Origin: Tubulanus polymorphus
Lineage: Eukaryota; Animalia; Nemertea
Reading direction: 5' to 3'
Assembly (NCBI RefSeq): GCF_964204645.1
Contig: NC_134029.1
Location: 19,524,950-19,588,949 of the forward strand
DNA length: 64,000 bases
The stretch's first letter is position 1; every line of letters starts with the position of its first letter. The notes under the pieces were generated by a model, which worked only from the letters and a program-made list of their open reading frames with translations, was not told the origin of the DNA and ran no database searches. The position numbers and the translations under genes are program-made. This document shows positions 1-14,108 of this stretch, one piece after another.

Positions 1-2229
1 ACCGCAAGCATATACATAACTGATATTGTGTTTTCTTCAGTAAGCCCAAAGAGACGTTATGATTATCGATCGGAAATTAACAAGTTTGTGTGTGGCATGT
101 TGAGACTCTCGAGTATGATGTTGATGCTGATAAATATTAATGATTTCAGTTATTACGTCTTCAGGTGCTTCAACGTAATGACTTGTTATCATTTCCTTTG
201 AATTTGCCACGATGTTTGCGAATAGCTGGTGATTGGCAGTTAAATTTTATATAGATCTGACGTGTACGCTCTCACGAAGGGTGTGGGCGATATCACAGAC
301 CTATCGGCTTTTGTAACGTGCTGCCTCCTTCCGCGATCTTCAGAAACTACAAGCGTCTGCTCATGCTCGTATCTACGCCGTAATTGGTCGGCCTGTTTCT
401 TTTTTATTTGTTTCGAAACTTACTTCTAATTCCGGTCGCCTTCTGATAGATGGCTCTCCGAAACGGCGGCGTGGGCTGTTGGGACTTTTCCGACGAGACA
501 CGGACGCGTTCTATCGCGGAATAACGAGGAAATTCTATATTAAGCAAACTGCCTTGAAAGATGTTCGAACACGGGACGGTTTATTGCGGCATTCTTTGTC
601 GGGGTAAATGCTGCGGGGTACCCCGTATACGCCAGAATTGATAAACACAGAAACTCGACACTGCGAGTTGTTTATTACGTTGACTGGTATTAGTGCCGCG
701 TCGATAATGGTAATATCTACGCTTTCCTTCCGTCTCTAACTTACTTTCTCCTCTTTTGCTCTTATGACAGAATGTTCGTATCGACCGAATAATTTTTATC
801 GATATATCGGCTGCAGTTGTAATTCCTCCGTGCGACGACGCCGACTGCGATGGCAGCGAAAACGATATTGCAGACGATTATTACTTCGCTTTAATTGAGT
901 CGCGCGATTCCGATACAATAACGTTCAACTCAACTGCGGTGGAAAAAGAACCGAATCATAAAAATATTGAACGTACTTTGTCTAATTCTCGAATTGCGAC
1001 GGTATTTTCAATATGTAGATCCTTATAATCGGAATATTGAAATCCAGTAGAGGGTAAATGAAAGTTTGAGGTTTTAGTTTTGAATTGGTTACATTCAATC
1101 CTTCAAGAAAAACAACCGTCGCAGACTTGGTCTAGACAATTCAATTCTTTATTGAAATTCAATTCAATTTTTTACTGACACTTATAAATTTTACAATAAA
1201 ACATTTTAGCAATATAATAGCGTCTACAAAGCCAAGAGGGATGACAAGTTATAAAATATATGGAAAAGATATTCAGGATAGACATCGGCCCGAAGGTCCT
1301 CCAAGGTCGGGGTTTCGTATCGTCGACGGTTCCTCTCGTGTCTTCTATCCAGCGTTAACAAGGGATGATGAATCGCGAGCTCCAATGAAGTCCTGGCTGA
1401 CGTCGCTCATTTTGAGGAATTAAATAAAAGAAAATAATTACGTATCATTATTACGAACAATTTTGATTACCAAAGTACACAACTCAAATGGAATAATTCG
1501 CTCCAAATAACTAGTATCCGTAAGGAATATAGGGCTACTACAATTTCATGCCCTGTATACATAGCTTCCCCTGCTGAATGATCTATCAAAGCGCTTATCG
1601 CTTTGCAGCAATATTGCCGATGCGTGATAACACATTGTTTTCACGGATGGTTGCGCACAGACATCACATAATCCGATTGGAATCGAAAAACTTTTCTTTA
1701 CACCGAAACGGGAAGAGGGGAACGGAATCATTTTTTTTTGCGCGCGGCCAGTCATCACTTAAAGACGAAATCGTTTGCATGTCTTCCGTCGTCGCCGTCT
1801 CTCTTTCTTTTGATATTACGATTCACGTGCGCGTCGCAAGCGTATTTGCATATTTGCATTATTTTGACGTTCCCGCCTGTGCAATCAATCATCGAACCTA
1901 GGTGAGTACTGTCCACCAAAATATACACAAGGGAACCGACTGTGCTCACAATCATCGTTTGTTTAATGATGTTTCTGCTGACACAGTATGGCCGCCGCCG
2001 CTGCCGGTATATGAGACAATTTTTAGCACGAACAAAAGATCTGCCGTTAATGAAGTATACTTCATTCTTTTCGAGGTAACCTGGGAGTAATGTTAAAATG
2101 TTACAGTACCGAAGACAAAGTATAGATAGTAAATCCGAAAAAGGTCCGCACATGACAAACGAATTTCTAAATATCCAATTTCCGAATACAATTTCGGGCT
2201 TTTCTTATATACTCCCGATCCACTGACTC

Positions 2230-2487
2230 TAGTGGCGGATTTAAGGTACCTCACATGCCTCACGTGAGGTACTCAAAATATCCGAAATTTCCTTCATGGA
2301 TAGACAAAAAGAAATGAATTTTGAAAACTTTTCAAATGTCTTTCCTGAGGGTTACAATTTCCTGAGGGTATACCTCAAACATGTTTCCTCGCGGTCCTGA
2401 ATGGTGTTACGAATATTCAATCGTACGCATGAAAAAAGCCCGTTTTCTTTGGTGAGGCAGTCAAAATTGTACCCTGGATTCGCCCCG
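2230..2487. mobile_element. degenerate MITE, AGTGGCGGAT-type termini (hAT-like)
   Basis: Left TAGTGGCGGATTTAAGG versus right CCTGGATTCGCCCCG forms an imperfect inverted repeat. The internal motif TGAGGTACTCAAAA recurs as TGAGGCAGTCAAAA. A similar terminus occurs at 16415 and, reversed, near 59860. No TSD seen. Confidence 0.35.
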
Positions 2488-3285
2488 GCACCGCATAGAA
2501 ACTTGCCTATATACCTCTAACTCATTAAGGCCTGTATACTTTGGCATTGAACTACAGAGGAAGCCTTGGACCGCGAGCGTATTTGCCGTCACAACGCAAT
2601 CACGTGAGCGCCGTTTCAAAAAGGTCCACCGATAGGCCCGCATTTTAAGGAAAACTGCCCTTAAAATTAGTTACGCTTCTGGCCTGTTGGGGCTTCAATA
2701 TGAAAAATGGACCTCGTAATCGAAATAGAATTCGTATTCGAAAGAAAATGAACAAAGACAAAGATCTCGGTATATATTGATTCCGTTTCGTTAAGCACAC
2801 AAGCGATATGCGATCTGGTGACAAGGTGAAAATCTGTGCTAGAGGTATATTGTTTAATGTTTGTTTTTTGTATAGTATTTCGTCCTTCTGTTGACATTCG
2901 ATGTACGTCTATTCGCTTTACCTAATAGCCGATGTTTGGCGAGGAAAAAGCAACGACGGCAGAAGAGTAGATTGTAAACACGCCGCAGACTGTAAATGGT
3001 GTGAGGTTTGTGATGACCTTAGCTATTCGCCACGGTGAACCAATCGGCTTCTTATTGACTTAAGACTGCCAGGTTTCGATTTGCAATACTTCTCCAATGA
3101 CATCAAAGCCAGACTCTTGATTATATTTACCCCTACGAGATGGTTCTGTTTATTACACCCCGAAATAATATGCATATACACGGGAACTGATATTTCTCGA
3201 TAGATTCGACTTGGTTAGTTTAGATTTGGGAAACATTTTGTTAGGAACTTTACAGTGTATCCCCACACTTATGTACATTATGTAA

Positions 3286-3399
3286 AGCCGAACGCACACG
3301 ACACGGAAAGGCTCGGAAACATGTTTCTGTCTCCCCTGTCTCCCGTGGCTCGGAAACATGTTTCTGTCTCCTGTTTCCTTGCATCGTGTGCGTTGAGGT
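3286..3399. mobile_element. MITE family 1 copy (short, right-half module only)
   Basis: TIRs AGCCGAACGCACACGA / TCGTGTGCGTTGAGGT. Flanks TAA/TAG. Internal duplication of GGCTCGGAAACATGTTTCTGTCTCC. Confidence 0.85.
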
Positions 3400-3851
3400 T
3401 AGCCGAGAATGAGGACTCTACGTTCGACTGTAGCAATCGAGGATTCCACTTGTGGCAAGCGAGGATCCACCAGGTTTGCTAGTGTGCATTCAGACAACAA
3501 CTCCCGGATTTCTTCTCAGATTCAATTAAAATCTATCCATTATTTCTCAAATTCTTTGAATGGCGATCAGTAAAATCCACCCAATATATGAACCTAAAGA
3601 TCATTTGAATTTACCAAGTTATTTGTAGAAAGTTCAATTAAATCCAAAAGACAATCAACCGGTATAACAAAATGAAAATCTTAAGTAGGTAACTTTCTCG
3701 TAAGAAAGTCCAAAGTAGGTTCTATAGGAACATTAATGAATAAGCTAGCAACATTTTATTGCCTAATTACTGGTGAGGGAGGCTAAAAATCTAGATGAAA
3801 GTTCAATATTGAAAATGATCTAGATTTTGACAGGGTTGTCGCACTGATACG

Positions 3852-3897
3852 CACGCCATCTAGTGGGATAGCTGGTGGCACGGAGTACTCAGCATTA
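3852..3897. repeat. dispersed repeat fragment containing a CTCF-consensus-like motif
   Basis: CACGCCATCTAGTGGGATAGCTGGTG matches CACGCCATCTGGTGGGATAGCTGGTG at 45306 with 1 mismatch, and similarity continues to CATTA. Confidence 0.6.
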
Positions 3898-4486
3898 TAC
3901 CCAGCATTGTCGAGCGTAGAATCGCCTGCTAGTTGCGTGAAAAGAAATCGCTGAAAAGAAAGTATTCCAACTGTCAAATATGTATATCGCATCATTTATT
4001 ATTCATTGTCATCTGAACAGAAATTAGCTCGGAACCCTTCAAAAAAGGAAGTAGCAACAAAGTGCCTACTTAAAGATTGAGGTGCCTTTAGAGATTACTC
4101 AAGATGAGCTATATACCAGTAATTCAGGAGTGTTACGAGTAATTCGTGAACTGAATTATTTATATTTATGTATCAAGTGGGTATATTTGGAAGTAAAGGA
4201 TTGGAATTCAGATTTCACTTAGAATTAAGTTGTTCGTTATCCAGGTCAACTTATGTTTGAAATCGTCAAAGGTACAGACCTCGTTTATCTAATTGACTAG
4301 AAAATCTGTTTTATTGAAGAAAAAGAATTGAATCTCTGTCAGAAAAAAATCAGTCATCAGATCTCAAATGTAAATTGCAGTCATTGATGCGTATCCTGTT
4401 CAAATCTACCACACAATTTCGCATTCAGTAGTAAACAGTTAGTGTTGTAGAACATGAGGTGCCGAATACTGAACACAGGAAAACAA

Positions 4487-4678
4487 AGCCCAATACGACG
4501 CAGGGAAACGGGGAGACACAGAAACACTGAAACAAACATGTTTGATTTTGGAGAAATTGCTCCTGAAACCATGTTTCTCGTGTTTCTCGTAAACGCACAC
4601 GACATGACCCAGGGAAACGCTCGAAGACATGTTTCTGTCTCATATTTCCGTGTTTCCCTGTGTCGTGTGCGTTGGACT
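4487..4678. mobile_element. MITE family 1 copy (near-consensus, ~190 bp)
   Basis: Left AGCCCAATACGACGCAGGGAAAC, right GTTTCCCTGTGTCGTGTGCGTTGGACT. Flanks CAA/TAA. Repeated AAACATGTTT palindromes. Confidence 0.9.
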
Positions 4679-7585
4679 TAACTGACATTGTAGATTTAAC
4701 GGCAGGTTTGACCCAAACGCTATGAATTTATTAAATACCTCAAATTAAGACAATTATTTCTGTCCGTATTTTGAAAAAGTGAGAAGCGATATAGATCGAA
4801 TGGCATGGAGGAATCTCGTAAAAATTGTGTTCTAGTAAATGAAGAGTGTGAAGTAATATAATATGTCTATATGCTCTCAAAAAACGTACCTCCTCTGTCA
4901 TCTACAATTTCTCCTATTTTCCCGCTGCGCTGAAACTGGTTAGAATTGAATGGAGAATGAATAAACTACAAGAAAATGAGACGAGCTATTATTGAATAAT
5001 GTCCTATTCGGCGGTACTCGGCACTTAAACTAATGAACGAGTGTTGTCAGTTTTATGTTCGATGAATGTTCCCCTATTCGATTGTTTATGAGCTTGAAAT
5101 AAAGATAATTCCGTCCCGACTATATACAGGGTTGACTGAGGACGTATTCCGTCAGTCTTTTCGGTTGCGAATTCCCCGCCGCAAGCAGCAGCTACGGCGA
5201 TGTTCATGGCGAATTTGCCGCATGTCTGAGAACGGTTCGAGAAGAAATAATTCTATCTCAGGAATTTCGTATCATTAGCGCGCGCGTTAACCGGTCGTGG
5301 TATAGTGAGAAATTGGGTAAATCTTTATCGAATTGAAATCAGATTCCGCGACGATGCATTGCGCTGTTACATGGGGTATAGAGTGTGACTATCCGTCGAA
5401 CGAGCCGGTTTCATTTCCTCCGCAAGTGTATATACATATATATATACACCCGCATACGAGGCATGTCAAATGATCAGCGCGACGCTCGCTTAGCCCGCGA
5501 TAGGTTCGGCATATTCACGATGCTCGCTGAGGGAGAAAATTTCCCGCTAGCCATCGGGGAATGATAACTGTTCTGTTTGTCGCAAAAAGAAGTTATTTAC
5601 TGCTTGAACGGATTTCACTTTCTGTTTATGCCGTTTTTTGGAATCGTCGCCGGCGTTCTGTTGCTTTTCTGTATGCGCGAACGCAGTTCCTTGACCTTTA
5701 TGTAAGAACGCGAGGCGAACGAGCGTCCCTTCTTCGTCGAGAGTTCGGTCAGCAATTTATGCTTCTGTCCAATTCCGCTCAGTGAATCGGGTAGCTTTTT
5801 AAGAATGAATTATTCAGTATCCAATCTATCGCATCCTTGTTTTGTAATGAAAGTTGCATTACAGTTTCCGATCGTGATTATCAGACTTCGTCTGCGGCGG
5901 AAGAGATCGTCCGACTCTAGTTCTGAATGGTTAACCTACGACGTATCCTTGTCAGAAAAAGTTATATCGAATCATTCGATAATCGTGCTCGGCCTATCAA
6001 TCGATCTCTCGGCCGATGCTCGCTGACCCATACATTTACGGGTCTCACTCGCTAAACAACTTTTTCAACAAAGGTTTGGTCTATGACAATCGATTTTCAT
6101 GAAAGTGGAACTTTTTGAATTAATATTCCAGTCTATTTATTACGACTGAAATACGCGGCTGTCATAGCTAGGGCTATTATTTGTACTAATTTACCAGCTT
6201 CGATTTTTATATTGATACTATTTTGTTATGCTCGGAAAAATTGTATATCTTTTTTGGAGCAATAAACTTGAAACTTGTAAGGTACCCACGCTAATGTCTG
6301 GTCCTGGGAGTAAAATTTTGAACATCAGATGCAAAGAGAAGCAATTTCGCAACTGCTGGCATATTTGGGCTGAAAATTCTGCTTCTTTTTCCAGGCCTGT
6401 GCTGGTCATGAACTTTTTAAGATTCAACTTTCAAGAACTAATTGGTATTTACTAAATTGAAAATATCTATAGAAAACATTCTAGATCATACGAAGTCAAT
6501 ATTTTCCCGATTTCTTTGCATGCATTTTAGTAGTTCAGTCGGGTCTGAACAGGAATACTTAAAAAAACTCATTTTGTGTGGTCAATGATGGCATAATCTG
6601 ATATTTAAGTCAACATTAAAGTCTTATTACACACGACTATAGTGAGACACTAACCTTATTCATTTTCTATTATACAACTTACGTAGGATTTATTCTCAAA
6701 ACTAAAGGTTTTATTATGGATTTCTGGCGATGGTTCGGAAACGACACCCACCATCCGCAAACAGACAAATATACAGTCTTTCCGATTTGCTTCAGATAGA
6801 TAAACAGTCGACATCTATTTAAACCTGAACATTTGGGCACTGAAGCAAGTAGTCAATGCAACCTGCCGTGAATGTGAAATACCGGCAGCTGGTATTGTTT
6901 TCAGTACGGCTGTGTGCAGCCTTTATTGGATTCCGGCTCGCAGTGTTGGGAAATATAACGGTCAACGCGAATGCTATTACCGCGTGGACGACTCGTCGGC
7001 GTGGCGGCGTTACCCGCAGGTGAAACGTCGGCCAACGAGAAGAAAAGAATTAGAAATACATGCTCGGAAATATTAATCAAACTAATTCACTAATGGAAAC
7101 CTGCGCGGAATAAACAATCCAGGGTTGCTTCCTTGCTTTGTATTTCGGTTTGATCACCGTAGGTAGTTACTTAAAGTTTTCGAGATCTTCGGGTTATTAT
7201 TGCGTTTAACGTTATTACTCGAGATAGAAATCAGATCCACGTCTTGGGCAAGTGTTATGATATGACAATACGCGGAACATCGTTAAACATGTGTTCGGTC
7301 GTCGTGCGAAAGCGTGTTCTCGGAACGTCGAAGAAGCAGAACGATCAGATACAACGATGATTTGTGGCGATGTCTAAGAATCGGAAACAAGTCCCACGGG
7401 TACGGCGTTCAATTAATCTGGCTGAGTTATCGATTCGTATCATCAGCTAGTGATCAACCTGCTGTTGTATATACGCCATACCCGCGCTGCCGCGTTCCCG
7501 TCTCTGACTGTCGCGATGATTGCCTCCAGATTATGTAACGTACGATATTGAGACTATGGCGGAGGGAAAAATGCGATAGGACGGC

Positions 7586-7692
7586 GAGAGATGGCAAGAG
7601 TGGACGAAAGAGAGGGGGAGAGGGAGGAGAGATGGAGAGAGATGGAGAGAGAGAGAGAGGGGCGAGGTTGAGAGAGAGAGCGAGATAGAGGG
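7586..7692. repeat. GA-rich polypurine low-complexity tract
   Basis: About 100 bp of almost only G and A, including (GA)n runs. Confidence 0.9.
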
Positions 7693-7834
7693 AACTTGGA
7701 AAAAGTGTGTCTTTACTTTATACATCTTTAAACTGCCCAGGACTCGGTTCCCATTCATACAAAACCCTGTTTATTTTTCTATCATATGATATAATCTTAA
7801 AATCCAAAATGAATTCATTCATTTTTTCAATGGG

Positions 7835-7934
7835 AGCGGCCACCAGTCTAGATATCTAGCCAATCAGATGCGTTGTTTTCACCGGAAGTTTTCATCGCTC
7901 TATCAATGGCTAGATATATAGATTGGTGGCCGCT
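7835..7934. mobile_element. 100-bp foldback/MITE-like element
   Basis: 28-bp inverted repeat AGCGGCCACCAGTCTAGATATCTAGCCA / TGGCTAGATATATAGATTGGTGGCCGCT with 2 mismatches. No TSD evident. Confidence 0.7.
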
Positions 7935-8849
7935 GAACGACAACCTGGACCAACTTCGGTTATCTTGAGTTAGTCGACTTTTGTCGAACTAAGTGAGACT
8001 GAATGTTAGTTAGTCGGAACTATATTCCGGAAATAGTTCGGAAATTTAGTGCATTCGGTTAATATTAGTTCCAAGCACTAGTCGATTTTGGCCCTGTCCG
8101 CCCAAGAAATCTTGTGTTATAGATCAACGAATGGTCCGCGGCCAGGGTTAGTGTTGGCGTACGCTTCGGCGGGAGGCAATCTAACCCCGGCAAGCGAGGA
8201 TGTCCTGTTCCCGCGCGGCGTCGACGGATAGATATCGAATGCAACGATATTGCGCAATCGACACGAATTAATTAGTTTAAAAGCGAATACATACGATCTG
8301 GATTGCCACGCGGTCGTAAGTTGCTGTTTGCTCGCGACCTGTAAGTAGGGATCGTTTATGATTGTTTATAACCGTGCCGCGGCACGACGGTATCATCAGG
8401 GATTAACCGCTAGCCGTCGCTTCCTCACCGATCGCTGCGAGCTTTTACAATCAACATTGATTTCCCGTTGTAATCCAATTTTATGTAAGGGTCATTACGG
8501 CGGATGAAAGTTGATGTCGTCCGCGAATTTTTGCGCGTCGTCTTCGTTTGCCCGATTCATAAGATATATACGGTTTCTATTTGCGGAAGGCACGGTGACA
8601 TCTTCTTAATTTAGTTTATTCAACTCCGAGTCGATTTTTATCGAGTTTAACCAAGCCCGCGGGTATAATTTATATTTCAAATTGCACCTGCCTTCAATTT
8701 GCCGTGAGCACGAAAAATGCGATACTGTTACCGCAAAGACCATTGTGGATCTTTTTGTCGGTGCACGAGTGAGCCATGTCCATAATGACCGTTTAGTCCT
8801 CGGCCAAAGTTGACATACCATTCGGATACCACTGGGATCCTTCGTTTCG

Positions 8850-8902
8850 TGTTTTCATCACAATTTTTCCGAAAAAATGTCCGTCTTAATTTTCAATGTA
8901 GT
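8850..8902. repeat. dispersed repeat fragment (partner at 39606-39671)
   Basis: TTCGTGTTTTCATCA ... GTCTTAATTTTCAATGTAGT aligns with TTCGTGTTTTCATCA ... GTCTTTATTTTCAATCTAGT. Confidence 0.6.
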
Positions 8903-9109
8903 GATTTCGAAAAAAGTTTGAATAACTTTGAATAATAGAAATCATATTTTCATATTTGCTTGTCCTCCCACTTTAAAAGCCAGCAATAAAACGTCTTCTT
9001 TCAATATTTCCATTCGCCCTTCCATTTTGTTTTCGTGAAAACATCCACGCTCAGTGATCAATAAAATAGGTCTAACAAGCGGATTTAAAACCTCTAGCTC
9101 TTGGCCCCG

Positions 9110-9155
9110 ATGATCACGATCAATGATCACGACCAATGATCACGATCAACGATCA
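9110..9155. repeat. 13-bp minisatellite, about 3.5 copies
   Basis: ATGATCACGATCA units in tandem. Confidence 0.85.
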
Positions 9156-10637
9156 GGCATCTAGTATTGGCAACTACTAGTAAAACAAGAGGTATTTCAA
9201 TTTACTCGTATTTGGTAACGGATACGACGCATGAACTACGAGATATATTTTTACGTTGGTGGACAACAAAAGAACCGAAATAAGAGAATCGAGAAAACCG
9301 ATCTTTCTGTAATTGTTTCTTGCATTTTGAAAATGTATTCGATTTTATCTCGGGACTATTGTCAATGAAGTAACAACGAAATCGATATTCGTCAATCGGA
9401 AGAATCGGATCGTGCATTGGTTTCGATGTTGATATACAATTCTTTGTGTGTGAGTGTGCATGATCGTGTTCGTTCCATCGCACGGCGTATACGGAATAAT
9501 CCGTTTTTGATATACGATTCCAATAAAATCTGAATATCGCCGGCGTGATGTGTGACAGGACTGACTGCAATAAGATACAGCTGCCGAATGATTGAAATCG
9601 GAATACAGTTATCCACGTACATGCTCCAAATGGCAACAACAACCAGCACACTTTATTCTGATACATTCGTCCTATTAACTAAGGTTAACTATGGGCGACA
9701 GTTGCCTTCAAAAAGACTACATACGTCTCATGTCACGATATATAAAGTTGCAACAAAGACTATTCCATGCCACGAAGTCATGCGCCGAAATGTCGGCAGA
9801 GGGCGCCGCGTAGTGTAGATGACGTCATCTTGGGAAAACCGGAAATGATATACGTATTATATTCGTGCAGCGCGGAATTGTTACAGTTGCAGCTTTTTAC
9901 TGCATGCAACAAACGTAGTCTTTTAAAGGGAATTATCGCCCATATAGGCGCGGTTGCTGCGAGTTGCTAAAATATGCCTCGCAATTACAAAATATTGCCC
10001 TTAATGACGTGGTACAGGACCCTGATACTATTTGACGTCACTGTGAAAGTATCAGTTCGCGATTATTTCTCGAGTGTAGGGGCTACTTGGCAATTGTAGA
10101 CTGTTTACGCTGAAAGCGATATTAGGCGATCATTGCATACCGTTCGTCAGCTCAGGAAATGACACCTATATCTGATGACTCAATCGTCGTCGCAAAAACA
10201 TATGTCATAGCCAGGTACTGCAGGTGTCCATCTTGACGATTCGGGTGATTAGCTTATCCTCTCGCTCGTTGAAAACACAGAACTGAGCCAGTGCTGATGA
10301 CGATGCTGTTGCCGATACGCGATGAAGTCCCTGGGATTCTAGAAACGGGTCGTCATCGGGATTACAGATCAATATCACTTGCAACTGTTATGCGTGGACG
10401 AAACTCATCTTCTCGGAGCGGCAGGTGTATCTGACATTAACCCTTCACCTCCGCGTATGGAATAAGATCCGATCAAAGATAGATTTTGAGCGTAACCTCC
10501 GACCTGTTATGTTTTCCCGAGAACCTCTGCCATCAAAAGAATTTGGATTGGCCGGGTTGGCGGATAAGATATTGACGGTTCAAAAAATAAGCTCTACCTC
10601 CAGATTTATAGCTTATTGATAAAATAGACTGGGATTA

Positions 10638-10843
10638 AGCCCTACGCACAGGACGCAGGGAAACACGGAAAACGCAGAATCTCGGAATCGGACATGTTTG
10701 AATCTCGGAAACATCTCGGAAACTTTGTTCTCCGAAACAATGTTTCCAGTGCCTCGTAAACGCACACGGCGCAGGGTGATGCTGCTGGGAAACATCTACC
10801 TCATGTTAGAATGTTTAGCTGTGCCGGCTGTTTGCGTTTAGCT
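10638..10843. mobile_element. MITE family 1 copy
   Basis: Left AGCCCTACGCACAGGACGCAGGGAAACACGG, internal CTCGTAAACGCACACGG, degenerate right TGTTTGCGTTTAGCT. Flanks TTA/TCA. Confidence 0.85.
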
Positions 10844-11658
10844 TCAATACAGAAGACCGATGTTTAGCTGGAGCTTGACGTCTATGCCCTGGAGTTGACA
10901 GATATAACAATTCTAGTGAACAACTGCATAGACCTTGCCCAAGAAGGTCTTGACTTACGTACATACGTACGTACGTTGATGGCTATGGCATATGTACACA
11001 GAATAAAGAGCGGAATCATCTACGCTGGAACCAAGAATTGGAAAGGGATGAAGTTTTTTTTAGAATTCATCAGAATTCATGAGAATTCTAGTTTTTCTGT
11101 GAACGACGCGTGTTTTGCTACTACGAGAATTCACACAGCGCAGTTGAAATTGATTAAATCGGCGACCCAGACTTGTTTGGGTCAGCGTCGGGGATCTACA
11201 TCCATGATTAATTGTTTAATTCTCCAGAGAAATCAACGGGGGTTGTGTTGTCGTTGTTCCGAAATAGAAATGCGTAGTGACACAGTTGAACTCTTGATCA
11301 CTCGGTTTGGAACTGCTTCCTAATTACAATGATTTAAGGCACTAGATGGAAGAACTCGACAAGCTGTTTAAGTTGTTGAGTATAGTGGATACTTTTTCTT
11401 GACGCCGTAAAAACCATTAGAATAATGTTTATGAATATTGATAACTACTTAACATTCGTTATTTAAATGGGGTTACGTGTAAGTCGATGTGTACTACGTC
11501 ATCAATATTGGTGTTTCAAAATAACATGTACATACGTGAATTTTGGCGTTCATTTTGTAATAGAATATATTTCATGACTTTTATTTTCTATTTAATCAAT
11601 TTTCATGTCTTTTTTATAAAGAATTTTGAGACGGTATGCCCTACGCCAGCAAGCCTGG

Positions 11659-11778
11659 TTAGACTGGTTGCCGGTCAATTCAATTCAATTGTCGATCATT
11701 CACATTAGAAATAACTTTTTTAGACTGGTTGCCGGTCAATTCAATTCAATTGTCGATTATTCACATTAGAAATAACTT
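11659..11778. repeat. 61-bp tandem duplication
   Basis: TTAGACTGGTTGCCGGTCAATTCAATTCAATTGTCGATYATTCACATTAGAAATAACTT occurs twice with 1 mismatch. Confidence 0.95.
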
Positions 11779-12621
11779 GTTTTTATCCTAAATGTTTATT
11801 ATATTATTCATTGTCGAGTGTAGTAGGCAATGTGTATGTGTTATTTTTCTTCAAGGGGCCAATGCACTTTTACGTCATTCCTCTTGTTACAAGAAATCAT
11901 AGATTTTCAAATATTTCTCTACTAGTCTTGTATCTGTAAAAATGCCGTTATTCGATTCAATAAGCCGATTACTAAAAACGAAGATCTCAAATCATTATAG
12001 TTTGTTTCGCGGTTAGAATTTTCCGCAGTGTAGTGTCGGATGTTTTACATACCAGCATCGCTTTAATCAGGTACTCTTTCGCGTGCGAGACGTCGTCGCG
12101 AAATTCAAAAAATGTTCCTCGACGATCGTCGTTATATTCCAATTAGACGCGTGCTTTTCTATATCTGCGACAATGTTTGGTGCGCGCGACGGCCGTGTGT
12201 GGTTTATAGTTCTATTCGGGCACGATTTCGCCCGCTGGCTGACTGAATATTTCAGGTCGTATTTCGATGATGTCGACATCGACGCACTCTCAGACTTCGA
12301 TGGGAATTTTAATTGGAGTCTGGATGTTCGCGTGAAACCACGCATTATACGAGTTTCGACTGATATTATCGGAAAGCACGAAGTGCGGCTACTGATTCGG
12401 TTTTTATACAACGATAACTAAGTATAATTTTCAGATATACGATAGAATATACAGCAATCTTTATTTGCATGAGACATTATGAACGACGTTTGAAAAATAT
12501 ATTTAGATACAGTTGTAGTTACTATGCAGGTCCAGCGAAACCCAAAGGCCGCATAACGCTGGGACCCTTTGAAAAAGAAAGAAAGCGTTAACAGCAAAAC
12601 AATTAACAATTATCGCAATAC

Positions 12622-12758
12622 AAAATCATAATTGGGCAACTTTCTAAAACTAAAATCATGATAGGACAACTCTCTAAAACTAAAATGATGATATAGGGCA
12701 ACTCTCTAAAACTAAAATGACGATAGGGCAACTCTCTCAAATGATGATAGGGCAACTC
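12622..12758. repeat. ~30-bp minisatellite, about 5 copies
   Basis: Units resembling TAAAATGATGATAGGGCAACTCTCTAAAAC, with small indels. Confidence 0.9.
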
Positions 12759-14108
12759 CTTAAAGAAATGGGTAACTTGTCCCAATGCCATATATTTTCA
12801 GTACAGCCAACCTGAACCCGTTTTGTAGATTTTGTAGTTAAGTTCGTTCCAACGTCAGATTCTAATAGTTGCCTTAGCACAACGAGGAACTTTACGCGAA
12901 TGATAAATCTAAGAATGTTCCCATGTCTAGTCTAGAAGATAATCGAGGCCCAGGCAAATCAGCTTCATCCAATCCATCCACACGATCAACCAAACGAAGT
13001 GGAACAGGTTGCACTTGAATTCAAAATTGGCAGCGCAGACGTACGTATACAAGTCATTAGCAAATCGACGATCGATCTCGCCGTTGACACCAGTAGATTA
13101 TTGTCTGTTCACCGATGATAACTTCCACCGGAGTCGCTGAACTCAAAATAAAAAATCACTAAGGAGAACGCGACTAAAAAGTGGCATTGACCTTGACCCC
13201 GAAAAAAACCGCACGTGGTCCGGAATCGAGGAAATCGAGGCGATGAAGAAAAATTGACACGAATCAGCCCGGCTAATTGAGCCGGCCCGGGGCGAATTAT
13301 GTTTTTCAGCGGTTTATTTGTTGACAGCGTTTTGGAACTGAGGGCCCTAGACAAAGCGCGCCGTTACGCTCTCAAGACAGGCTGGACGCGCGCGGAAAAA
13401 ATGTACAAGGGTGTCACTAATGGCGTACTTGAGGGAAAACGGTGAATTCTACGTGCTTTGGCTACCGAGACAAAATATTTCCTTCAGCCATGAAATATCA
13501 CAGCTTTAATCATTCGATAAGCATTTTCCTTCAAGCCGCTAGATCAAAACTCGCGTCCGTTGTGGATTTCTTTTCATTGTTTATTTTCGCTCGCCGCAAG
13601 AATTGCTTCCTGGTTCTTGTAGAATCATTGTGTTAAAATCAAAGAACACATATTTATGCGTCTATACTTGGTTTGCTTTGTGGTGGCTATGTATCTAGCA
13701 AAGAAACATATTTCCTCTCGTGGTTGTTGCGAATATCTCGGCAAACAACTAAAGTTAGTTCGCGTACAAATCTATATAAGGGATGCACTGTCTGACATAC
13801 ATTTTGTCCGTATCAAAACGAGATCAAACTTTAACGACTTAATTAAACAGCGATACACCTGTCTAGACCTGTAATTACTATTGTCTGTATAGAACGCAAT
13901 TAAATATCTCCCGATTGAATATGAATTATTCACGATTACGGGGTTCTAAAGTGCATCTTATTGTCCGTTAGCATCGTCGACGCGTTCCTTGTTCAACTTA
14001 AACTTTACTTCCGATGTTATCGGTGATTCTATCGAACTGCTACAGAAAATGTAACGTATTTATGTTATCGTTTTAGGAGCCGCGTTAACCGGGTGTAGAA
14101 TGAATAAC

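Noticed and set aside
140-168. Minus-strand CTGAAGA...GAAA (also CTGACGA...GAAA at about 28340) as further hammerheads
   Set aside because: No adequate stem II, stem I or palindromic stem III. Compatible with chance.
1899-1907. Donor-like AG|GTGAGT (and isolated GTAAGT at 8341 and 35401)
   Set aside because: No supporting acceptor, promoter or ATG depletion. Such hexamers are expected many times by chance.
9202-9666. Longest ORF (154 aa) and other 100-153 aa ORFs
   Set aside because: No recognisable domain, composition typical of random translation, and lengths expected by chance in 64 kb.
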